A stretch of DNA of 63,899 bases, the filler included, from Octopus bimaculoides (taxonomy: Eukaryota), in the NCBI RefSeq assembly GCF_001194135.2. It is 4 parts of 4 records of this genome, joined end to end, with 100 filler letters (N's around TTAATTAATTAA, not from the genome) between each part and the next. Parts side by side here need not be neighbours in the genome. Positions count along the whole stretch, not along the records: positions 1 to 22,032 come from NC_068983.1; positions 22,133 to 51,324 come from NC_068996.1; 2 more parts are not named here. One strand, written 5' to 3'. Shown here piece by piece: positions 14,233-28,101 of the stretch (positions are counted from its first letter, which is position 1; each line of letters opens with the position of its first letter). The translations under genes and the position numbers were made by a program. The notes beneath the pieces are model-generated. The model was not told where the DNA came from. It saw nothing but the letters and a program-made list of their open reading frames with translations, and ran no database searches.

Positions 14233-14344
14233 CAAAGCATCACGGTATCGACCAAACTATTGTATGTTATACATCGCTGGTCACAATGCACTTCGCATTG
14301 TTTTGACTTTCAAATGATGCCACCACACTGGATAGGCGAACAGG

Positions 14345-14384
<40 letters not shown>

Positions 14385-14411
14385 GTGTGAGTGTGTGTGT
14401 GTGTGTGTGTG
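13977..14411. repeat. Compound microsatellites (AAAC)n, (GATA)n, (TACA)n, (TG)n running into a gap
   Basis: Simple repeats interspersed with short unique sequence. Confidence 0.9.
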
Positions 14412-15023
14412 NNNNNNNNNNNNNNNNNNNNNNNNNNNNNNNNNNNNNNNNNNNNNNNNNNNNNNNNNNNNNNNNNNNNNNNNNNNNNNNNNNNNNNNNN
14501 NNNNNNNNNNNNNNNNNNNNNNNNNNNNNNNNNNNNNNNNNNNNNNNNNNNNNNNNNNNNNNNNNNNNNNNNNNNNNNNNNNNNNNNNNNNNNNNNNNNN
14601 NNNNNNNNNNNNNNNNNNNNNNNNNNNNNNNNNNNNNNNNNNNNNNNNNNNNNNNNNNNNNNNNNNNNNNNNNNNNNNNNNNNNNNNNNNNNNNNNNNNN
14701 NNNNNNNNNNNNNNNNNNNNNNNNNNNNNNNNNNNNNNNNNNNNNNNNNNNNNNNNNNNNNNNNNNNNNNNNNNNNNNNNNNNNNNNNNNNNNNNNNNNN
14801 NNNNNNNNNNNNNNNNNNNNNNNNNNNNNNNNNNNNNNNNNNNNNNNNNNNNNNNNNNNNNNNNNNNNNNNNNNNNNNNNNNNNNNNNNNNNNNNNNNNN
14901 NNNNNNNNNNNNNNNNNNNNNNNNNNNNNNNNNNNNNNNNNNNNNNNNNNNNNNNNNNNNNNNNNNNNNNNNNNNNNNNNNNNNNNNNNNNNNNNNNNNN
15001 NNNNNNNNNNNNNNNNNNNNNNN

Positions 15024-15071
<48 letters not shown>

Positions 15072-15092
15072 TCATGCGTGTCATGTCTTTGT

Positions 15093-15195
15093 GTCCACTT
15101 GACAACGGTGTGTTTACGTCCTCATAATCTAGCTGTTCGGCAATAGAGAACGATAAAATAAGTACTGGGCTTAAAAACAAAAGTCCTGGGTTGAT
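15093..15195 (+). mobile_element. SINE family A 3' tail fragment
   Basis: cttgacaacggtgtgtttacgtcc...gataaaataagtactgggc...gtcctggg. Confidence 0.65.
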
Positions 15196-16711
15196 CAGCC
15201 TCTTCTTTCTGTTTCTTCCATCGCTACTATAATAGTTTCAAACACTCAGAACTTGTAAATTATGGATTACGTCTGCCCAACTCCAACCGACACACCTACC
15301 TTCCTACTCAAAGTCATCTTTCTTTAGTCTCACTCTCCAAATAGCACATCTTCTGACTGACTCTTCCCATACAGAGGTGCAACTCTCTAAAATTCTCTAT
15401 TTGTTTTTGCTGCTCTTGCTTTGTTGCTTTGTTATATAGTCCCAGGTTTATCTTAATTAAGCACTCCCATGATCAAAAGCATTGTATCCATATCAATCTC
15501 ATAGTTTTATATATCTGGAACTACTCTTTCAATTTTTTTTAACTGTAAGATGTGGTATGTGGGTGAAATGAGAGTTATTTCTAGCAAGTCAAGCGACCGC
15601 ATAGAAACCTTTTCATTGGCTTGTTTTACCGATAGGTGTCAATGTGCAGAAGTTCAAACTGAATATCAAGTACCTCAACATCATCGATTTGGTATGGCCT
15701 GCAAACATTTTGACGAGCGCCACCTATCTTTCACTGACGAAGTAATTAAAGAATAAAACTGTTATTCAAGCAGAAAACTGCGGACATTTTCACAAAACGA
15801 ATTATATGTCTAGCATAGATACTGTGATCGCCGAAATCTGAAAACAAAGCTGAATCGTTATATATTCTAAAAACGTGTAAGATATCTAGAGGGGATAATT
15901 ATCCATTAGAGAAACAGTAAAACGAATATGATTTGCCTTTTGTCTAGCGAGTGTTATTATATTCCATTTACCATTATTATCAAGTGTTGGCGACTTGCAC
16001 TCAAATATTAAGCCGAAACGCTTTTATGACTTCGCATGTCATTTATAATTGGCCATGTCACTAGTTCAAGAATGTCCTTAGGCACTGTACTACAAATATT
16101 AATAATACAAATGCTTAGTAGCGTGCTTTGTTGAAGTGGAACTTTATTTTTGGTTATTAAAAGACAGGAAGTCTTTGTCAGCAATAACTTGCGGGGGTGG
16201 GATTTTGCGCCAACTCATAAGTTACTCCATTATTTCGTTTGTGTCAGCCAGTACAGTTCTCTCTTTCTATGTATGCGCGCGTGTGTGTGTGTGTCCATGT
16301 ATGTATGTGTGTGTGTGTGTGTGTGTGTGTATAATCCCTGTATATTTATGATGATAAATGGTTTTACCGATAAAGGTTTTTTCATACTGAACTACTTGGC
16401 AAAATTGTTAATTATTAATTCTATTATTAATTGACGATTCCCTGCCCTTATTCTTGTATATANNNNNNNNNNNNNNNNNNNNNNNNNNNNNNNNNNNNNN
16501 NNNNNNNNNNNNNNNNNNNNNNNNNNNNNNNNNNNNNNNNNNNNNNNNNNNNNNNNNNNNNNNNNNNNNNNNNNNNNNNNNNNNNNNNNNNNNNNNNNNN
16601 NNNNNNNNNNNNNNNNNNNNNNNNNNNNNNNNNNNNNTATATACTGTTCGTACGTACATATACACACATTCGATTTACACATACAATATATTTTTTTTTC
16701 ATATACACACA

Positions 16712-16826
16712 CATGCGGGACTCGGCTAAAAAGGTTGACCATGATACGCTCATGAAATTTTTTAACATAGTCCCCTTTGCAGTCTACATACTTCTTCCAT
16801 CGATGCTGCAGTGCTTGGGTCAAAAT
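16712..16826 (-). mobile_element. Mariner 3' end fragment, same family as 2761-3638
   Basis: QALQHRWKKYVDCKGDYVKK on the minus strand, followed by TIR-like sequence. Confidence 0.8.
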
Positions 16827-16869
16827 CGACCTGTTCCTATTACAACCAGAAGCAGAATACCAATGAAAC

Positions 16870-17470
16870 AATGACAACCTCACTATCAAAAGTGAGGTGG
16901 AACTTACAAAAATCGAAATGGGAACAGAACAAGGTTACATCTTTTATCGTTTTACTCTTCCGGGGGCAGATAACACAATCGGAAGATTCACCAAACTCTT
17001 CCAGAAAAGTACCAAGAAATACATCCCCAAAATATATAAATTGCTATGAATACTCTATTGATCAGCAATGAGTGATGAACTTCTGAAGGAATGTCGATAC
17101 ACACAGTATCCTGGTAGGGCAGATAAGCTACTGAACTCCCTCCAAGAAAGTAGGCTTACAAGACAGATCGAGAAGACAAGATCTAGTACAGACGTATGGC
17201 TATTACTTACTAGACCCAGATAACCCACAATCAAAAGATCCAAACTCTCTTACCACAGCAGACGATGCTGTCAGACACGATCCAGGAAGCACGAACTCGA
17301 AAAGATTGCGATACGTGATCATCAACTCCTAAATAAAGCTTGTTCGGAGTTGAAAGATGATCAATAAGATTGATTAATAAAACAAGAACTAGAAGTCATA
17401 ATAAAAATTTTGAAAACAGGCAAAGCTGCAGGAGTCGATGAAATCTACACTGAAATTATTACACACATTG
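16870..17470 (+). mobile_element. Non-LTR retrotransposon ORF2 relic (region between endonuclease and RT)
   Basis: VRWNLQKSKW, KSTKKYIPK, ELEVIIKILKTGKAAGVDEIYTE (pre-RT LKxGKAAGxDxIxxE motif); clade not resolvable. Confidence 0.6.
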
Positions 17471-17652
17471 ACAATAGCCATATTCTAGCTTGCCAAAGCC
17501 CTATCATTTATTTACATAAATGCAAGTATTGTCGTACGGTTAACAGATTCGCTTATCTGCGACAAGGTTTTGTGTTTGATCCAGTTACGTTGCACATTGC
17601 GCAAGTACTTTATTTGTTTTGTGGGGTTTTTTCAGCCTAGAGTGGATGCATC

Positions 17653-17656
<4 letters not shown>

Positions 17657-17685
<29 letters not shown>

Positions 17686-17757
17686 TGTACGTATGTACGT
17701 ATGTATGTATGTATGTATGTATGTATGTATGTATGTATGTACGTATGTATGTATGCA
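17657..17757. repeat. (TATG)n microsatellite
   Basis: Tetranucleotide run. Confidence 0.95.
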
Positions 17758-18450
17758 TGTTTAACTCGGTATCAATTCTTTGCGGTATATATGTTTTCAT
17801 AGGGAAGTAACACTCTAGGTATGAATTAACTTAGTAGGTGAACTCAACTGTTCGATAAATAGTTCGGAAGAATGGCTACAAGAATAAGCTTTGTGTCGAA
17901 ACCCTTCGAAGTTGGTACCTCNNNNNNNNNNNNNNNNNNNNNNNNNNNNNNNNNNNNNNNNNNNNNNNNNNNNNNNNNNNNNNNNNNNNNNNNNNNNNNN
18001 NNNNNNNNNNNNNNNNNNNNNNNNNNNNNNNNNNNNNNNNNNNNNNNNNNNNNNNNNNNNNNNNNNNNNNNNNNNNNNNNNNNNNNNNNNNNNNNNNNNN
18101 NNNNNNNNNNNNNNNNNNNNNNNNNNNNNNNNNNNNNNNNNNNNNNNNNNNNNNNNNNNNNNNNNNNNCTTGTTTTTTGCACACATCTACAAAATGACTT
18201 TCTAAAATGAAATTCCATTATGCAGCTGAGGAGTACATTTTCATTGCACATTTTATGCGGTGTTCTCTCTACATAAATAAATGAAGTTTGTACGAAACGT
18301 ACGTACTGCTATAACCTATTGAAATTTTGTTGCTTTTCTTCAAATTTTATTCACCAAATTTCTTGATTTTGTTTTTGATTTTTACCCTACCAAATTCTGG
18401 TGCCTCAAACATTTTAAGTACCACATTTAATAATCTTTTGATTAAATCTA

Positions 18451-18484
<34 letters not shown>

Positions 18485-18490
18485 GTTATT

Positions 18491-18524
<34 letters not shown>

Positions 18525-20043
18525 AGCATATTCAGTCAAATATACAGGCATATAAGCACATAGATATACATACACGTGATCATACCTAAACATACTCGAA
18601 TACATACAAATAAAATATGCGTATTCCCTTAATACACACATATGGTCACTCATTGGCACACATATAATACAATTTTCTTCTCTGATTATCTACAGAACGT
18701 TTTTCAGCCGTGTTCTTTTTCTTTTGTTCGCCATTATTGGATTTCTGCGCAGCGATTTACGGTGAAGCCTTATCATCTCTTAGCTGAATCTAAATCTTGC
18801 AGAACAAATTAGAAGAAATCAAGACAAATAATTATACTAATTTGAGCCGTCGTTATAAAAGAACGGACTTCTTTCACTGACATAGCTCATAGTTGTTGTG
18901 TTCGTGTCCCCAACACAACCCCCATCTCTACAATGCAGCGATGGTGTGGAAAAAGTGTATGGACACAAGCCTTGTGGGAATGTTTCTAGCAATGCTTTTG
19001 AAACCCTTGACTACAAAATAAGTCTTAACTCAACCTTGTAAGTTAACTTTTTGAAGTTTCATTCTGAAAGAAATATGAAGGTGAAGAGGGAAATGTTGCT
19101 CTTCAGTGAATTTGTTGGAATGTAAATCAGTGTCAAGAATGAGCTGTGTGAATGGGTTTACTCTTAGCATCTGCTGTAGGCTGGAGAAAAATTTGGGTGA
19201 TGTCAGTTGCTCTTGATAATCAGGTCAATACTAGACCTAAATAGTTCTTTAATTGGCCCTAAATAGTCTTCCCTCTTTTGGACTGCCTCATTTGACTTCG
19301 GTAATATTGTTTACCATGCAATTTTTTATTTTATTTTATTTGTTTATTCGTAATCAATTGTATGAAATCGTCACCGTTTTTCTAATTTGTTCTTGCAATG
19401 TCGCTTCTAACCGTTTCTCTTTTTACAAATCAAATAACAAATCCGTAACATTCGCACGTGTAAGCATGTACATGATTGGCCGTGGGATTTCTGTCATACA
19501 ATAATCAAATAATCATTTAGATAGTTACAATATAACGACTATGCTATCAACAAGAGAACACATATTTGATTCATTATATCCGACAACAGGTAAATCAATG
19601 TTAATATAAGCATCGTATTTATTTACTTTCGTCAATGTGCAGTTGGTAATTATGACAGTTATTTTTGTGTGTGCCTCTTTAGATATGTGTTTGCTTGTAT
19701 GAGTGTATACGTTTTTGTATCTGTGCACATAAATGATTCTATGTGACTGTATATGCGTATCGTCTGTTTTATGAGTTTGAAGATGCATGTGAGTGTCTGT
19801 CTATAAGTGTATAGTCTGTCTATATGTGTACATGACTATGAATATATGTATTAGCGATTATACTGTCCCCTATGTCTGTCCGTGTACGATTGTATGTATA
19901 TATGAGTATGTTATTATGCATGTATGCGGGACTTGAGTATGTCTGTTTGTTAAATCTGAGTGCACATCTGCTTATATATATGTGTGTATATGTATGAATG
20001 TGTGTTACTGGCATTGTATGTGGAACAATGTATGTGTATCTGC

Positions 20044-20083
<40 letters not shown>

Positions 20084-20107
20084 TTGTGTGTGAGTGTGTG
20101 TTTGTGC

Positions 20108-20152
<45 letters not shown>

Positions 20153-20184
20153 TGCGTGTGCACACGCGCACGTGTCTATACATA

Positions 20185-20360
20185 TATGGACGCTTGGCCG
20201 AACGTTTCAAGAGATCGTTTCGCAATCTCAAAGTCCCAGGTTCGATCTCACTGTGTAGCATCTTGGTCAAGTGTGTTTTACCATATCCGGCGGGGGTGTT
20301 AGAAGACAATTCAAGACTTGTGAGCAAAATTAGCTATATAGAAACTGTGTGGAAGCTTGT
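20185..20360 (+). mobile_element. Old, diverged SINE family A-like head
   Basis: caggttcgatctcactgtgtagcatcttggtcaagtgtgtt...acttgtgag...gaaactgtgtggaagc resembles the 52210 head. A family A tail lies at 20635-20697 on the same strand. Confidence 0.55.
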
Positions 20361-21973
20361 TAGATAGTTTATCTTTGTAACTATAAATATCACTCTATCA
20401 CACTGATTTTGCCTGAAGATTACGTTAAGAGTACAAGTGCCTGGGAATACTCAGCCACTTACGTGCTAATTCAATGGGCAGAGAAAACTTTTGTCCGAAC
20501 AACTAAATATTTATCGTCGAAACCGACGTGGAACCATCTACTTTACTTTTACTATGCATATATGCACGTCAGTATGTGTACTTTGTATGTATGCCTCTCT
20601 CTGATACTGTGCCTATGTGTCTGTCTATGTTCGACTGGTGGTGCTCCAGTATAGCCGCAGTCTAATGACTGAAACAAGTAAAAGAGTAAAAGAGTATGTT
20701 TGTGTATATGCGTGTGTGTATGTCTATGTAAATATATATGCCGGTCTATGTGTACTTGCGTTTCTCCATGTGCTTCTATGTTATGTATCATTTATTCCAC
20801 GCTGCACTTCCAGATATTTTAGTTGCTTATAATAATTTGATATCGACTTGGCAGGCTTTAGCGCTCATCACCAAGTTATTTTCGATGGTGGTTTTATAAA
20901 TAAAGGAATCTTCCTCATTTTAGCCTCAAAGTTCCGGCTGATTTTTCTTACTGAACATGTATGATCCAAGCCAAAAAACACCGTTACACCGTTATCTCAG
21001 AATATATTACGTCACTGAAAAATGCATGTTTCAGCCCACATCTTCTAAAGGCTGAAGTCGTTCTCCAATGATGAAATACAACAGCGATTATCATATGCAC
21101 TTCACTTGTTAGAAATAGCTATTAAATTCTATCAGATACATCCAACTTGCTTCATAAAAAGATTGCTCTAGAAAATGTAGTGTCTGATATACAAGAGGGC
21201 AGCACTGTTATACTGGAAGAGGTTTACATACATATATATGCATACCTATATACATACATGTGTGTGTATGTTAGCGTCTGTGTGTTTTAGCGTGTGTGAA
21301 GATTGGAGTAGCTGGTATTAAATTTATTCCATGGCTTACAATTGTTTCAACAACTTCTGGGTGACAAATCAGGCATCCTGTTTGTACATGGATGAGAATA
21401 CTATAGTCATACCCATTATGTTGTATATTTTACATAACAGCCTCCACAAACATTCCTCCATCTAGCAAGTATTATAAGATTTTTAATTGACACTGTTAAG
21501 CTTTCTTAGTGAACAACTCCAAATTTGGCGTGCTACATCGCTATTATGAATAATAGGAAACTTAACAGCTACAATAAAAGCATAAACAATAATTGTAGTA
21601 TTAGCCAACCCGCAACCCCACTGCGACTCTAACTTATTCACATTAAACTGTAATCCGAGATAATAATGTAAACACTGCGAAAAATATTTTTTCCCAACAA
21701 CGGTGCAAGTAAATATCAGAATGGGATAACCACGCAACTCACCCACAATGAATGCCAATGTAAGATCAAGGATAGAGATTGCTATCCTCTAAGCAACAAT
21801 TGCCTTTTGAAAAATATAGTATACAAATGCTCATCCCTAACACTATGTCGGTGCTACGTTGTATATTTTATGGACAATAAATACCATTCAGAAAATGTCT
21901 GTAGACATTCAAAGATTCCAGCATTCATTTCTATGTGGATCAGTCCGTTTTGTACCGGAGGTCAATGTTTACC

Positions 21974-22032
<59 letters not shown>

Positions 22033-22076
22033 NNNNNNNNNNNNNNNNNNNNNNNNNNNNNNNNNNNNNNNNNNNN

Positions 22077-22088
22077 TTAATTAATTAA
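22077..22088. other. Artificial scaffold-join linker (44 N + TTAATTAATTAA + 44 N)
   Basis: Identical 100-nt construct occurs three times; the palindromic 12-mer gives stops in all six frames. Confidence 0.9.
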
Positions 22089-22134
22089 NNNNNNNNNNNN
22101 NNNNNNNNNNNNNNNNNNNNNNNNNNNNNNNNTA

Positions 22135-22688
22135 TATTCATCACTTAAAGGTCGATGTTGAGTGAAAACACATAAATACTGCAATATTAACCAAAAGAGA
22201 AAAACTTTCATAAAAGTTTTTGGTGCATAAAAGCACATCGTAGCTATCATCAGCGGTAGACAACCACTGCTTCTTCTGTTGCCAGGACTACCAGATCACG
22301 TGAATTACCGTTTTTTCCGATGCCAGAGCTACCAGATAACTTGACTTCGGCTTCTTCTGGCCTTGTCAATGATAGATAACTCTCCGCAGAAAGCAGTAAC
22401 TGCTGCGCTAGCGATATACATAGAAATATAAACACAAAACAGGCGCTGATGTCACTAAAAACCCGAGGGCTTATTAAAAAATAAACAGAACAACAGAAGC
22501 AGGCCAAAAGAGGCCGAGATCACACGATCCTGTTGTCTTGGCAATGGAAATAGCAGTGGTTGTTTACTGCCGGCAATAGCTATGATGTGCTTTTTAGACC
22601 AAGAAACTATATGAGAGTTTTTCTCTCTTCATAAACATTGCAGTATTTGTGTGTTCTAACGCAGCATCCACTTTTAAGTGGTGAATAT
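22135..22688. mobile_element. Foldback/MITE-like element with about 170-nt imperfect terminal inverted repeats
   Basis: Left arm tattcatcacttaaagg...aaatactgcaat...aaaagcacatcgtagctat...caaccactgc...ttgccaggac matches the reverse complement of the right arm along its length; no ORF. Confidence 0.8.
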
Positions 22689-23789
22689 TTTACCTTTTGG
22701 TATTATTACTGCTTCTATACGAGAGTAGAAGGCACTGAAACAAAGGACTTAAGATTGATAAAACAGGGCAGAAAGCCCAGTTTTTAAATTCGTCCGAGTA
22801 AAACACATCTTAAGGAAAAATGACCGGAAGAACTGTAAAGGTGAAGTTTAAAGCAAACGAACAAGTGAAACTATTGAAGCTCAACAACTACAAAGAACAA
22901 TGTCCCAATTTCCAATCTGCAGCCAACCAACACTTTGGGGATGGCAAGTGAAAAATCATTAAGACTAGTATCAGAAATAAAGGAGAAAAATCTTAGTCTC
23001 CTAACAATCCACTCAGGAGTACTTCACGCTTTCTTGCAATAAGAAATAAATATTAGAGGCGAACATTTACAAACGATTGACAAAAAATATGAAAATAAAT
23101 AAGAAAAAGATCACTTTGAATAAAGAGCCAACATAAAGCAAAGGAATAGGTGAGTAGGAAGAACAATTTATCCCAACGAGTACGAAAAAAATGATGATGA
23201 AAATTTAACGAACAAATATGAACTGAGATTCGCCATTCTATAAAAATCGAGCAAACAGTTGAATGACAAAACTACGCATTTGTGGTGCCACGATCTCTCC
23301 GAACAAGCTAGAATAACATAGTTTAGAATAACAGAAAAACCATTTTCGGTCAGAATATAAACAACATACAAATGATAGATTATTAGAAAATTAAAATTAA
23401 GACTAATATTAGACTGATTTTAAATGAGATTACCTTCAATATATACTAAACGGCTTAAAAAAGCTTATTTATTTGAGATGGTCAACTGTCTCAACAAATA
23501 ATTATATTAATTAACAAAAATTAATTACATTTCCAGACACCACATATTTTACGTCTACAAAGATATTTCATATGGAAAGATATGTCTATTCAAAAACTCA
23601 TATGCACCATAATTGTATGACATTAAAATGGCGTTCGGATAACGCCAAAGAAAACATACATGATTAAGGGGTCAAAACATGAAATAGAGGGATCAGTCAT
23701 GTTCTGGCTGGGAGCAATATCAAAAAGGAATATCGTTAAAAGCGATATCGGGATATTGTAAAAAAGAAAAAAGAACAAAATCGCGATAT

Positions 23790-25250
23790 TTTACTCGTTT
23801 CAGCCATGAGGCTGCGGTCATTCTGGGGCACCACTGTGGTCCTTCTGATTTCCTCAGTCTGGAGTGTTTCGCATCACCACTTTTGTGTGTGCCTTTGCCC
23901 CAGCTGTTGGCCCATTTTGTGTATAAGAGAGTTTAATATCCTCGTCTGCATCTCATGTCAACCTGTTGGTTCATCTGGTATTGTGGAGAGGAGGATGTCT
24001 AATTCCTTTTTGAAGACATCTACTTCCACCTTATGCAAATTTCTTAATTTTTGTGGCAGGGCATTGAAGAGCTGTGGGCCTCTGAACCCTAAGCTATTGC
24101 AGTACCTGGTCCTGAATTTAGATGGAGTGGATGGTGCTTTTGGTACAATACAATGGCGGCCAGTTCTAACATTTGCATAACACTCAAGGCCGAAATTAGG
24201 TACTTGTCCTTCTAGAGTTTTCCATATTTAGATTATTGCACACCTCTCACGCCTTCGCTCCAGAAGCTAAAGTTGCAGTTCTCTCAGCCTATCCTTGTAG
24301 CTCATTCGCTGCACTTTCAAACTCTTTAGTATAGTAGCGTTAGACTGCTTCAAGCTTCGCTGTTACTTTGGCACTATGCGGTAACAATAACTGGGAGCAA
24401 CAGTCCAGGTGACAGCGAACAAAGGTTCTTCGCAGGGTCAACATAGTTTCTTGGTCTCTTGTCTTGGAGGAACTCAGCATCCATCTTGCCAGTTGTCTGC
24501 ACTTTGCTGCCATCTTGATAATGTGCATATAAAATGATGCGTCATTGCACATACTGATCCGCAAGTCTTTCACTGCCTGTAAGTGGAATTGCAGTACCTT
24601 CGGGTCCTGTATATGCAGGCTGTAGTGCATTCGTGACTTGATAGTGCAGTGTTTGAAATTTTCCGGCATTAAACTGCATGTTGTTTATTTCGGCTCACTT
24701 GTATATTGAATTCAGGTTCGGCAGTAAGCTTGCGCTGTCATGATTTTTTATTGCCTGAGATAATTTTGTATCATCGGCATAGCTAGTGACAGTGGTTGTC
24801 CAAGTGACCGTGGGCATGTCTAAGAGGGCTATTATGATCAGTAATGGCCCCAGAACAGTTCCTTGAGGAACGCCACTTAGGATTTGAGTTTCCTCAGAAA
24901 GGGCACCATTGGCTGCAACTACCTGACTTCTGTCTTTAAGGAAGTCATGCAGCCATTCTCCTAGTTTACCAGCAATGCCAAGATTTCGTAGTTTATGAGA
25001 TACCATACCGTGATCTACCTCATCAAATTCCTTTGCAAAGTCAAGGTATATCACGCTGAGGTATGAATGGTCAAGCAAGTGTTTCAAAACCCAATCAAAG
25101 TGCTGCAGGAGTTGTGCGAGGAAGCTTCTTCCTGGACGCAAGCCATGTTGTTCAGTAGGTCATTTTCTTCTAGGAACATTATCAACTTCTTTTTGATGAT
25201 TCGCTCCATGACTTTACTGATATATGAAGTCAGAGAGACTGGCCTTTAGC
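23790..25250 (-). mobile_element. CR1/L2-like LINE, 5'-truncated, RT pseudogene with 3' end
   Basis: RPVSLTSYISKVMERII, YLDFAKEFDEVDH, SGVPQGTVLGPLL, SYADDTKL, VRCHLDCCSQL; frameshifted. Confidence 0.9.
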
Positions 25251-25407
25251 TTTTCGCCTCCCTGTATGTGTTTTTGTATGTATGCTTGTATGTATGCATC
25301 TATGTATGTCTCCATACATTCCAATATATATACAAATATATATGTGTATGTAGTAATATATACATATATATCTATATATATATTCAAATATATATGTGTA
25401 TGTAGGA

Positions 25408-25441
<34 letters not shown>

Positions 25442-27553
25442 ATTTATATTTATATATATATGTGTGTGTGTGTGTGTGTATACATATATATATATATAAA
25501 TACATATATACATACAACATAGAACTACACATTTAGTTGTTTCATTTCAAGTGTGGACGTGTACAACATTCCTATTTAATAGGTGATGATGTTGAAAACT
25601 ACATTTTTGACCGTATCAATGAACTAAGTGACTCATAACGATTATCTCTAACTTACAAAACGCGAACTAAAATAAATAAAAAAACAAATAAGTAAAAAAA
25701 AAGAACAAGATTTTACGCATAAGATCTTGACTAATGTTCTTCCGGATACGGACATGCATCTTTCCTTTGTGAAGATTCCTAAAAATCTATCCAGTTACGA
25801 TGATTTCTCCTCTTCTTTGTTCTTCTTCTTCTTCTTGTTCTTCTTCTTCGTCGTTAACCATAGGAATTGTAGATTATCACATGAATTTATTCATTCTATT
25901 GATTCAATAGGTGTTTACCCTCCTATCAAGTTAAATTTTCCTCCACTTTATTCCATTAAAGGCAGTACCTTGTCGAACTATTTCAAAGAAGAACCAACAA
26001 TAAACATTGACAGAGATTTCTGCAAATGAACTCTCATTTTGTTCAGTTTGATTCTCCTATTGATTTTGTCATTGATTTAGTATTGATTGTGGTTAAGGTT
26101 TTTGTGTTCTTAAAACCTTTCTTGTGTTCGACTTTCACAGACAAATCCTAAAGAATCCTATTATCAATGGCAGTCATACATTAAGTTGTATAGGTTTTCA
26201 TTCCTCAGTTACATGTATACTTACAACTTAGGCTTAATTTAAATCATTTCATAAAGAAACGGTAACACTTTATACCTAAATGGCCACTAACAGATGATTT
26301 TGTTCCTCTTCGACAATATATGTTGTTTCAATGTACTTCAACTTCGATTTCTTTTTGTTTTCTATTTTATTTTTTATCTATTTCTTTTTTTTTATCCATT
26401 AACAACATATCGATGACAAATATATATTTGGAAATCAAGTCGACATTGGTCTATACTCTATCTTTTGTTATAATATTAAAATAAATGTATAAAGAGAGGT
26501 GGGGAAAAGAGAAGGAAAAAGACAAAACAACAAAACGACAATACAGTCAGCAAATGTCGAGAGACAGCGAATGAATGAACTGTTATCAAAAGACTTAATA
26601 AAAAAAAATACTATGAAGGGAGAGAAAAGGGGAGAGAGAGAGGAAGAGGGAATACACACGTGGGTAATTATATATATATANNNNNNNNNNNNNNNNNNNN
26701 NNNNNNNNNNNNNNNNNNNNNNNNNNNNNNNNNNNNNNNNNNNNNNNNNNNNNNNNNNNNNNNNNNNNNNNNNNNNNNNNNNNNNNNNNNNNNNNNNNNN
26801 NNNNNNNNNNNNNNNNNNNNNNNNNNNNNNNNNNNNNNNNNNNNNNNNNNNNNNNNNNNNNNNNNNNNNNNNNNNNNNNNNNNNNNNNNNNNNNNNNNNN
26901 NNNNNNNNNNNNNNNNNNNNNNNNNNNNNNNNNNNNNNNNNNNNNNNNNNNNNNNNNNNNNNNNNNNNNNNNNNNNNNNNNNNNNNNNNNNNNNNNNNNN
27001 NNNNNNNNNNNNNNNNNNNNNNNNNNNNNNNNNNNNNNNNNNNNNNNNNNNNNNNNNNNNNNNNNNNNNNNNNNNNNNNNNNNNNNNNNNNNNNNNNNNN
27101 NNNNNNNNNNNNNNNNNNNNNNNNNNNNNNNNNNNNNNNNNNNNNNNNNNNNNNNNNNNNNNNNNNNNNNNNNNNNNNNNNNNNNNNNNNNNNNNNNNNN
27201 NNNNNNNNNNNNNNNNNNNNNNNNNNNNNNNNNNNNNNNNNNNNNNNNNNNNNNNNNNNNNNNNNNNNNNNNNNNNNNNNNNNNNNNNNNNNNNNNNNNN
27301 NNNNNNNNNNNNNNNNNNNNNNNNNNNNNNNNNNNNNNNNNNNNNNNNNNNNNNNNNNNNNNNNNNNNNNNNNNNNNNNNNNNNNNNNNNNNNNNNNNNN
27401 NNNNNNNNNNNNNNNNNNNNNNNNNNNNNNNNNNNNNNTATATATATATATATATATTAACCAAAGAAAACTATTACTGGTAATTAACTCCTGCACTAAC
27501 ATGGAAGAGTTGTGCAAAGCCTTTGTCTTATTCTTATATACACACACATACAA

Positions 27554-27589
<36 letters not shown>

Positions 27590-28058
27590 GTCATTTACGC
27601 GCATACACTGACACATACATACACATAAAGTCTGTATAATTATTTATAAATGTGAATATCTTTATACGTTTGCGTGCGTCTCTATATATATATTTATTTA
27701 TTTATTTATATATGTATGTGTGTATGTATGTGTGTGTGTATGTATGTATGTATGTCTGTACGTGTGTATGTATGTATCGTGCATGTATGTATGTATGTGT
27801 GCATCGGTACGATTACTGGGGTCAGTTGTTTTTTTATACTTGATTTTTTTTTTTCACCTGACTGCCCAACTTGTTTCGTTTGGAATTATCAGCAGGTACC
27901 TAAAAAGAAATGGTTAATTAATGCTTTCAGCACCATAAAGATAGAATCTCCCAGTTTGGGAGATCAAAATCGATTTTATTACTTTCAACCCATCCACTTG
28001 TCAGCCATTTAAACACTCTTCCCTTCATCTTTTCCTTCTGTGTCTCTCTCTCTTCCTA

Positions 28059-28101
<43 letters not shown>

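Noticed and set aside
14260-15180. 250-380 aa ORFs containing X runs (also near 26.5-29 kb, 37.6-38.6 kb, 50.3-51.4 kb)
   Set aside because: They are open only because they span N gaps
23640-23745. Tc1-like peptide GSVMFWLGAIS
   Set aside because: Too short to call without a search
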